A DNA stretch of 64,000 bases from positions 1,451,817-1,515,816 of the forward strand of contig CAVNZM010000013.1 of NCBI GenBank assembly GCA_963693365.1, in the 5' to 3' direction. The notes under the pieces are model-generated. The model was given only the letters and a program-made list of their open reading frames with translations. It did no database searches and was not told the origin of the DNA. The stretch is from Amoebidium appalachense (Eukaryota; Protista; Ichthyosporea). Below are positions 12,972-22,495 of this stretch, piece after piece. Positions within the stretch are counted from its first letter, which is position 1. Each line of letters starts with the position of its first letter. The translations under genes and the position numbers were made by a program.

Positions 12972-15900
12972 CTATAATTTTGTAGTGATGTGTTTCTCAA
13001 GCCAATCAATACATCTAATAAACAGGTCGTAGTTACGCGTGTTTAGTATAAAATCAAGGATGTTGTAATTTACAGGTAGGCTATCTTTCTGGGTGTCTGT
13101 TGTGAATGTGACGTGTGTGTGTTGCGGTATTATGTGGTCTATCAAACTACATTTGGCGATACATGACCGGTTAAACTGGTGTGTGTGTGTGTTGTTTGGG
13201 CATGCAAATGATGCCACCTTATACTTATTAGATCTCCACTGTATAGCACGTGTACAGTAAAAGCGTGGTAATTGATCAATAATACCATCAGCTAGAGAAA
13301 GACCAGTTCTACAGGAAGGTAATATGTATTTAGGTGTTATACACTTGCGAGTGCCATATTTGGCAATATGGTTGAGGCGGTCAGTATATATAAAACGAGA
13401 CATAAGGCTTAGTTTTTCAAGGTGTATGCTTTCATCGGGTCTAGTGTCGTGTGGTATCTTTTTCCATTTGTTATATTGCGTGATTATCTTGTGATTGTGT
13501 ACATGTTTAATAAGTAAGTGGCAGTCCAAAGTCACACACACACTATTGCGGGGTTTATTTGTATTTGTGCCCAGGGGAGAAGGGGAGAGAGAGGGGAGGA
13601 AAGAGGGGAGAGGTGAGGAGGGGACAGGTCGGATAGAGAAGAGAGGGTGGGAGGGCAAATACTTCTTTAAGCGGCTTATGTGCTTATTGAATTTCAGCGC
13701 GAGATAGGATACTCTAGCAGCTATTGGGACCAGACCATATATCGAGAGCGTTACAGGCCCAGGTTTACAACAGTTGTTAGATAGAAAGGAGGCAACTTCT
13801 GCTTCAAGGAAATTTGCCAAGGGTTTAAGCGCTCTAGTTCTCTCTTTCTTGATCCAAGCGGCGAGAAGGGGTAAACCATATTCACATGCCGGGAAGACAA
13901 AAGTGCGAATAAATGTAAGTCTAATAGAAGGATGGAGGGGTGTGTCTTTAAAAATATTAGCCGAGAAGAAAGCTAACCGCTTACGAGCCAACTCTACCCT
14001 CTTTTCGACCATATGGGGAAACATAACACCAACAGAATCAACCGGAACACCAAGATATTTGTATTCTGGAACTATAGGTACAGGTTTAGATGATAATGTA
14101 AATGTGTGTAAATTGTTAGCTATATCAGGTACAAGAACACCACATTTGTCTATGTTAAGGATCATAAGGTTTGCCTTGCACCACTCTGACACTACATCGA
14201 ACAATCTTTGCAGGCGTCTAGGGGTACGGGCAAGGAGGGACAGATCATCAGCATAGAGAAGTGCAGGCGGAAAGTTATTAATAGGGTCATCGTTTTCGGC
14301 GTAAATCTTGACAGCCAAATCATCTATAAATAGGTTAAACAAAAAGGGGCTAAGCAATGAACCCTGCAAGAGACCTCTAGTACGAGCAAAACCATATGAA
14401 AGATGCCCATTAACCACAGCTCTACCATAGGTTTGAGACAAGAGTGCTTCTAACAGAACACCAATGCAGTGTGGTACACCCCGTGCAGCAAGCTTTTCCC
14501 ATAGGAGACCAGGGGAGACAGAATCGTAAGCAGTTTTCCAATCAATAAAGCCAACGTATTGTGCACCAACTTGCATAGAATCGTGCAGTGCCATTATTTG
14601 AACATAACATGAATTGTTTTTACGAAAAGCGGATTGGCATGGGTGTATGTGAAGAATAGATTGAAACCTAGGGTGATGTGCAAATAACCTAAGTAAGCAA
14701 GCTTCAAAGAATCTACGAACAACCTGGGTTAGTGTAATGGGGCGAAAGGATGATATGGGGCCCTCAGAGTCCTTCTTAACTATGGGGATCACTAAGGTAT
14801 CTAACCAAGATGACGGGACATGTCCACATTTAACACACCAAGAAAAGAGAGAGCTTAACAGGATAGTAAGATCAGGTTTAATAGCACGATCACTTTCCTT
14901 TTGTGGGTAGGAGGGAACAAGGATTTTAAGAAACCCAGCAGGGAGTCCATCAGGTCCACAAGACTTACTAGAGCTATAACTAGATATCACAGACCATATG
15001 GCATCGGGACTGAAAAAGGGGAGGATCGATTCTATGGGGATAGATGGGTCTACAGGCCACACAATAGGTTTCTGAGCGGGGGTCCTATCTTTAAACAGTT
15101 CCGAGAAATACTTATCAGAGTCTATGAGGGGGTCTCCAGTGGTATCACCAATAATACGAGCAGGGGGGCCAAATCGATTCATACTAGCAAGCCGGCGCAA
15201 GCTTTCCTTTTGAGACAGGGGTTCACCTAGTCTAGCGGGAGTGGTGTTTGGTAACAAGAGAGCATCGGGATATTCCTTCCTACCACCGCCAGCATAATCA
15301 CCGAGATCTATCAAATCATCAACAATAAAGTTAGTGCATGTATCTAGTACGAGATGTGAATCTGGCCTGGCTTGTGCAGATTCTAATAGGCGCATATATA
15401 TAGGGTGTTTCGTAGCATAGCATACACATACATCAACTCTACCCCACTGTGACTTAAGCTGGGATAGACGGAGGCGAAAGGTGGGAGGGGGAGGGGGGAG
15501 CAGATCAAGGGAGATCTTAGGTAGGAAAAGGATAGGAGAGTGGTCAGATGACCTAGAGAGGTTAGGAGGGAGAGAGAGTTTTGACATGGTTGATGGCCAA
15601 AGGCCACTCCCCAGTCGGTGTTGTGGGCATGGGATATTTGAGGGAACCGCAAAGTGTGACTTTGGACATACCTTGCTAAAGGGATAGCACGCTCCGGGGG
15701 CTTAGATGGGTACCCGACACTCACTTGCAGTGTGTCTGTGTGGTGGAGTCGCGTGTTAAAATCACCTAAAATAACAGTGGACATTGGTAACTGTGACAAC
15801 TCGTGAGTCAATTCGACAACCGACATAGATGGTGGGTAATATACAAAAGTAAAAACATTAGAAAGAAACTCTATAGAAACCGAGAATTCCGTTTTTGCTA

Positions 15901-16165
15901 CCGGTTTGCACTTCACTCTCACGTGTGGTGCGGCAAGTACAATAATGCCTCGGTTTTTCGCGTAACCGGGGTGTGTGGATGTGTCGACCAATGTAGAGTT
16001 GAATTTGTGGTGGTTTTTAAACTGTGTTTCGCAAATCACTGTAAACGTGTGGTTGTTTGTCTGTTGTTGTATGTAGCTGATTTTATCGTCGAGTGTCCCG
16101 GGGGGGAGGCCCTTTTGGGGGCCCAGTGTCCGAGCATTCCAGAAGAAGAAGGATAAATTAGGCAT
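12972..16165 (-). CDS. LINE ORF2: AP endonuclease + reverse transcriptase + Cys/His-rich C-terminus (~1064 aa after correcting a 1 bp frameshift at ~15600)
   Basis: APE motifs WNAR, ICET, LGDFN, SDH; RT motifs GPDG, FRPITL, QSAFR, FIDWKTAYDSV, GLLQGSLLSPFLFNLFID, LYADD, YKYLGV. Copy 1 has AAA (15599-15601) where copy 2 has AAAA (48661-48664) and reads through. Confidence 0.93.
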
Positions 16166-17342
16166 CGGTTTGGTCCGACACCTGTGGGGTTGGTTCCCAC
16201 TTGTCGCTTACGGGGTCGTATGCACGACCTTCCGCCAGCGCGAACAGTTCGCAGAAGAGCTCGATTTCCATCTCGCATCGGCGTTTGCGCTCGAGCAGTT
16301 TCTCACCAGAAAACATTGGTTCCTTCGTGTCCGTGTCTATCACGCTCGTAGCATCGTTTTCCAACTTTGCGAGGAACTCTTTTGCCTTGCTGATGCGTAC
16401 ACGACAACGTGTGGCGCACGCATTCTTAGCAGACACTTTACGTTCTTTGTCTGCTTTCTGAATGTTTTCCGGCGCGCATGGGTCGTAGCTTGGGAGGTGG
16501 GTGAAGAAGCTTCCACACCCCTTTGTCGCGTCACGGATGAACGCACGGTTATAGTCGCCCCGTACTGCTACTTCCAGCACATCGTATCCAATGAAGGACA
16601 GACAAAGGATGCGAGAGCACCGGAAGCCGAGAGCCTTGAAGATGGACCACATGGCCCTGTGTGGGCGTCTGCCGTGCTTGACTTTGAAATACACCCTCTC
16701 GTATTTGGGTGGGATGTTGATGTTACCGTTTGCTTGGGTGTTCCCCTTAGCCGGCGGTTTGGGAGGGGAGTTGCGGCGGTACTCGTTGCCTGCAAGAATG
16801 CTGGCATATGTTTCCTTGGCAATTTGGCGGAGCTCGGGTGTTTTACGAGAGTTCGCATATTCTAGGAACTCTGCCGGGAGCTGTGCTTCCGGTCCTGTGT
16901 TGTTTTGTGTTGGGGTGGAAATGTCTCCGTCGCGAGATGTTTGCTCATGAGTTTTGGGGTTTTGCGATCCACTAATGTTTAGCTGGGCTGTGAGTGAATC
17001 AATGGTGAGCTTGAGTTGGGTATTTTCTGTTTGGAGTTTTTCTATCATGTTCTTGAGTGGTAACAGCTCATTTAGCTGTTTCTTAACGAGGGCAAGTTCT
17101 GCCAGTACTGTATCAACCGAAAGTTTCGGCATGGTTGTTATTGTGTTTCTACGGAGTGGTGTGGTGTTATTCTGAATGGGTAGTGTATTGTAAATAGGTG
17201 TTGCGCTTAGTCTAAGGCGATGTTTTTCTGGTTGTGCATCTGTGGTAGGTGTATCTGCTGGACGTTTTAATGGTCGCACATGTGTGATGGGTGTAGATGG
17301 AACTTTGAAAGAGGTTCTGAAACGATTATAGGCATGTGCCAT
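16158..17342 (-). CDS. LINE ORF1 (394 aa), coiled-coil putative nucleic-acid chaperone
   Basis: Long non-repetitive ORF directly upstream of ORF2, overlapping it by 8 nt (ATGCCTAA); heptad leucine stretch VLAELALVKKQLNELLPLKNMIEKLQTENTQLKLTIDSL. Confidence 0.88.
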   Translation of the reverse strand: MAHAYNRFRTSFKVPSTPITHVRPLKRPADTPTTDAQPEKHRLRLSATPIYNTLPIQNNTTPLRRNTITTMPKLSVDTVLAELALVKKQLNELLPLKNMIEKLQTENTQLKLTIDSLTAQLNISGSQNPKTHEQTSRDGDISTPTQNNTGPEAQLPAEFLEYANSRKTPELRQIAKETYASILAGNEYRRNSPPKPPAKGNTQANGNINIPPKYERVYFKVKHGRRPHRAMWSIFKALGFRCSRILCLSFIGYDVLEVAVRGDYNRAFIRDATKGCGSFFTHLPSYDPCAPENIQKADKERKVSAKNACATRCRVRISKAKEFLAKLENDATSVIDTDTKEPMFSGEKLLERKRRCEMEIELFCELFALAEGRAYDPVSDKWEPTPQVSDQTDA

Positions 17343-17469
17343 GACATGGATGGGGGTGTTCCCCGGCCCTTAGGGCCACGGATGGCCTGGTTTAGGGGTG
17401 GATGCGCGAAGGATACTATTTATTAGCAGATAATAGAGAGCGACATTTGAATCGAAAATATGTGTGTGC

Positions 17470-17537
17470 ATGCTACTGTGTGTCTATGCATGCTACTGTG
17501 TGTCTATGCTACTGTGTGTCTATGCTACTGTGTGTCT
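17470..17537. repeat. Four copies of a 16 bp unit ATGCTACTGTGTGTCT at the LINE 5' junction
   Basis: Units start at 17470, 17490, 17506 and 17522. Confidence 0.9.
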
Positions 17538-17547
17538 ATGTTTACTA

Positions 17548-17989
17548 AAGAATGTGATCTACTAGCACACGATTCGTGCTTTGTCATGAATATCACATAA
17601 ATATTATGTCCGCACCAATAGGACTCACTCTGACCTAAGAATTGAACCATATATGGTTCTTCAGCTGCATACCACATAAACGAAGTGAACCAATAAGAGG
17701 TTTGCATAAATAGGACAAAGGTCTGACTGGCTCGGACCGCACCAGAATCACGAATGGCATGTTGCCACCCGCGCTGGCCGCGGATGAACCAATCCTGGGC
17801 CTTGATCCGAAACCTGGGGGCTATATAAGAAAGCCGTCCCAGTACGGGGATCACATCAGTGAAGTCTGAGACAGACTGAGTCGGCCCATAGTAAAAGCAA
17901 CCTGGCCGCGTGTGCCTTTCTACCCGTTCTCTGTCTTTATTTTGATTCAGTTGTACTCTGCCTTATCCTAACTAGTCCAACTGTTTACA
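17548..17989 (+). repeat. 5' LTR, distal 442 bp (the first 38 bp lie at 12575-12612)
   Basis: Matches 20699-21140; contains CCAAT (~17789) and TATATAA (~17822). Confidence 0.95.
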
Positions 17990-18093
17990 TTGGCGACCGC
18001 GGCAGGACACTGTTTTACATTGCCAACTGTTTACATTGGCGACCGCGGCAGGACACTGTTTTACATTGCCAACTGTCTACATTGGCGACCGCG
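17977..18093 (+). promoter_or_regulatory. tRNA primer binding site, triplicated together with the LTR end (46 bp period)
   Basis: ccaactgtttacattggcgaccgcggcaggac starts at 17977, 18023 and (degenerate) 18069. TGG pairs with tRNA CCA; the implied G discriminator fits tRNA-Ser (inference). Confidence 0.8.
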
Positions 18094-20660
18094 CAGTTCA
18101 AGAATCTCGCATCCTTCGAATCTCACATCTTTCAATCAGTTCAAGAATCTCACATCTTTCAATCAGCTCAAGAATCTCCCATGGCCGATCACAATCCTTT
18201 TTACCCCGATGATAGGCACATCTTTCCTTGTCCGGCTTAGAATATATACACCTACAAGTTTGAAGTGGCCAGCCCACCTACACGGAAAGAATTGAAAGCA
18301 TGTAAAACTTCTTTTGCTACGACACATCAAAAATGTGAAGAAAAACGAATACACAACGAAACAACGAATACACGAATAAACGAATAAAGAATTGCTAACG
18401 AAGCAATGAACCAACGAAAAACGAACCATCACGAATACGCAATGAAATAAAGAATTAACGACAAACGATTGCATAGAGGAAATACGAAATGAATGCAACA
18501 CGAAAACAAAACGAAGTAACGAATTTATCAAACGACAAAAAACGAAAAACGAAAGCAAAATGAACTGGAAATACGAAAATGCAAGAACGAATGCACAACA
18601 CTGCTTGGGTTGCAATGCACACAGCCCCCTCTATGTTAGGAAGAAAATAAAACCGTTGCCCTTGCGTGCATTGCGCTATTGCACACTGTCATCGTGTCCA
18701 TGCCACCGCATGCACCTCCACACTCGCAAGCCAGATGCACGGCCACTTTCAGCACGAATGCATTTAAAGAAGAAGATAGTCGCTGTTCCTATAGCATTGA
18801 GGACATAAGGTGCTGTGAAAGTAGTTTTGCATGCATGCTTCGAATTTCTTGCTGTTTTCGAATACAGCATGCCCCATAGTTTAGCGCACAGGATGCACAA
18901 CATGCGCATGAATGTATGCTGGCATGCCTAAACACATTACGAACATATGCCTCATGTATGGCGGCCCTTCCTGGTGCCACGCCCTAACGAATTTGCACTC
19001 TTGGTGCACAAAAGGCATGTAATAAAGTCGATGCAGAACTTTTGTTCATGCATGTGAAAAACAAAGAAGGTGTTGGGTACGAATTTTAAGGTGAATGCCC
19101 GTCTGTGGCAATACGGTGTAACATACCAATTACACTGTCAAGCCTTGCACTAGCTGCCGGCACACCCCCACCAGAACAAAAGAATGTGGTATGGGCACCG
19201 CTCCCTCACAACCCCATCATACAGTGTCAGTATTTTGGCTGGAAGCCTTTCAGTTTCGAATTACGAATACCCTCCTTCACTACTGAAGAAAGTGACGTGG
19301 AAGACAAATACGAATACGAATGCAAGGTGTTGTTGACTAATACATCGGACCATCATGTGTACCTACTAGGCCCTGGTACGGAGGTGACCATGTTATTCCC
19401 TTGCAATATGATGACACTGTAACAATTTAGCACGTGCATACCCCACCAATGGGCACATGCGGGAGACAACCCCACAAGCTGCCTTATTGGGCACCTCTGC
19501 TAAAACGAATATTCTTCTCACGAAGGAACAGAAGAATGCCACGAACACGAACCACACACTCACCAGGCAGCTACTTACATCTAATGTATGTAAGAAGTAG
19601 GGTGTGTGAACGGGGTAACTTCATGAACACCAACACGAAAGAAAGCACAGCACAAAGCAGTTCCACGAATACGAATGGTTTTGGTATTCCACACAACGAA
19701 CAGAACCTACAGTAGGGCCACCTACAAATGAAGCAGAGGATGGGGCACCATCCAGACCTGCACTGGAGGATATGAAGATACGAAGCGCGCTCACGAAGTT
19801 GCTTACAAAAGAAAGGGCGACTGCGACGACTTTTCTTTTTAGGCCAAGCCTCCAGAAGAATGTATTATGCCTGGAATCCCCCTGCTCAACGAAAATGGCT
19901 GGCAAATGGGATACGAAAACTGCTCACGAATGGAAGCATGTGTTTTCTGAAGGAGGCTTGCTTTGCCTACCCTCTTCTTATGAATTATGAACCGGGCTTT
20001 TACTGGTTCTGACGGGTGATATATTTCTTTATGTCGCCCAACGAAGAACACTTGGGCATTTTTATTCTGTTTTTCCCAGCTCCGATGATGCAGGGTTAAA
20101 GCTGAAAGGAAAGAAGTGCTCTTTGTTCATGAAAGAAGTGGCTTTTCCGGCCATGGTGACTCGCCTTACAGTCTTAAGGTAGAACCGGGATAAGGAGCAG
20201 CGGCTAAGCCTTGAAGCTATCCACCACTACCTGAGCTACGAAGTGACCTAAGGCTTGAGTTATATTCATTATCGAATGTTTGGTATGATCATTCATCCAC
20301 ACAACCAAATTACTCGCAATTGAAAACGAATCTGCGGGAGTATCCTAAAAAGGAAAAATTCCCAAAAAGAAAAATACTACTTCTACAGAAAAGCCAAGCA
20401 CAGAGACGAAGCGAACAATTCGCACACACTCTGCAATAATCTTCGCCACGAAAATGAAATCACAGAAGAATGCTGCATGAATTTACGTTTTGGCAAATGA
20501 AGAAGTGCTCATAGACGTGCACAACTCTATTCAACCGTCCTTGCTCTGTTCTGCCCAGCAGGTCGGCGCACGAGAATTCTCGCTGAAGGTTGTTTATCGC
20601 CTCTCAGCCTGGTGGTTTGCTTGTCTAACGACACCACCAGGCTCCCGACAAGGGGGGGAG

Positions 20661-21140
20661 TGTAAACAACTGTACACATGAACTGTACATGTTTACTAAA
20701 GAATGTGATCTACTAGCACACGATTCGTGCTTTGTCATGAATATCACATAAATATTATGTCCGCACCAATAGGACTCACTCTGACCTAAGAATTGAACCA
20801 TATATGGTTCTTCAGCTGCATACCACATAAACGAAGTGAACCAATAAGAGGTTTGCATAAATAGGACAAAGGTCTGACTGGCTCGGACCGCACCAGAATC
20901 ACGAATGGCATGTTGCCACCCGCGCTGGCCGCGGATGAACCAATCCTGGGCCTTGATCCGAAACCTGGGGGCTATATAAGAAAGCCGTCCCAGTACGGGG
21001 ATCACATCAGTGAAGTCTGAGACAGACTGAGTCGGCCCATAGTAAAAGCAACCTGGCCGCGTGTGCCTTTCTACCCGTTCTCTGTCTTTATTTTGATTCA
21101 GTTGTACTCTGCCTTATCCTAACTAGTCCAACTGTTTACA
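20661..21140 (+). repeat. 3' LTR (480 bp)
   Basis: Preceded by a polypurine tract, TG...CA ends with an 8 bp inverted repeat, followed by the TSD GGGCA. Confidence 0.95.
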
Positions 21141-21254
21141 GGGCAGGATGGGAAGGGGAGAAGGGGGGGCGGGGGGGGGGGGGGGGGGGGGGGGGGGAGG
21201 GGGAAGGAGAACTGAGTGCGTGTGGTGGGGCAGGATATGGAGAGGAGGGGGGGG

Positions 21255-21488
<234 letters not shown>

Positions 21489-22016
21489 GAGTCTGAGAGA
21501 GAGAGAGAGACACAGAGAGAGAGAGGGAGGGAAAGAGGGAGGCAGAGACTCTGAGGAAGAGAGAGAGAGAGCAAGAAACTTAGCCACATGCATTTGAGTG
21601 AGAATCTTAACCATTAGGAAGGAGACGATCGTTTCATTCGTACAGTTCTGTGGGAAACTGTCCGACATGTACATAGGCAGCGATATGGTCTATACTCCAT
21701 ATGCTATGCATGCCGCTTTGGCCTTGGCTTGATTGATACTGTGGACAACCACTGTCACCCGGATTCAAACCAAACTCAGCGAGTCGTGTGTAATCCGTCA
21801 ACATGCATTCGGGCCCCGGCATATGCTGACGTCATGGATGTGTACATGTGCAGACATTATGTAAACTTCAATGAGTCTTGCCTGTTTTTGCATGTTATTT
21901 AATTTACTTGTAGAGATGAAAAAGTTGACTATTGCGGACAAAGGCTCGGAAACGGAGCCGGAGAAAGGGGAGGGTTAGGGGGACAGGGGAGGGTAACCGT
22001 TCAGGCGTGTGTGTGT

Positions 22017-22079
<63 letters not shown>

Positions 22080-22340
22080 GAAAGGGGACGAATTGACACG
22101 AGCGTTCTTGTGAATACTAGTGAACAGGAGAAGTTCGGGGGGGCGCGGGGGGAGGGGGGGGGGGGGGGAGCAGGATGATGCAAAGGGAAAGTTTGCTCTT
22201 GGTTCAAAATGGAAGCTGTTGCACTGGCGACATCAACATGTACTACAGATGGTTAGCTATTACTACACAGAGTGGCCTGCACACGTATGATACAACACAC
22301 GTGCAACAGTGAATGTGTGTGTGTGTGTGTGTGTGTCACA

Positions 22341-22495
<155 letters not shown>

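Larger units (their letters stand above)
12613..17537 (-). mobile_element. Full-length non-LTR retrotransposon (LINE, ORF1 + APE-RT ORF2), copy 1
   Basis: Two overlapping ORFs; flanked by a 10 bp TSD ATGTTTACTA (12603-12612 and 17538-17547) that occurs once in the uninterrupted 3' LTR. Confidence 0.95.
12575..21140 (+). mobile_element. Non-autonomous (decayed) Ty3/Gypsy-derived LTR retrotransposon with 480 bp LTRs; 5' LTR interrupted by a LINE
   Basis: LTRs start TGTAAACA and end TGTTTACA. 5 bp TSD GGGCA at 12570-12574 and 21141-21145. PBS TGGCGACCGCGGCAGGAC at 17991, [14 protein letters not shown] ending 20660. RT remnant AGLKLKGKKCSLFMKEVAF near 20090-20150. No long internal ORF. Confidence 0.92.

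Noticed and set aside
17343-17460. Possible HDV-like ribozyme in the LINE 5' UTR
   Set aside because: GC-rich hairpins are present (GGCCCTAAGGGCC), but I could not fit the nested double pseudoknot by eye.
17470-18180. Short regular repeats resembling a CRISPR array
   Set aside because: No unique spacers, no cas genes, eukaryotic context; explained by the LINE junction and LTR leader repeats.
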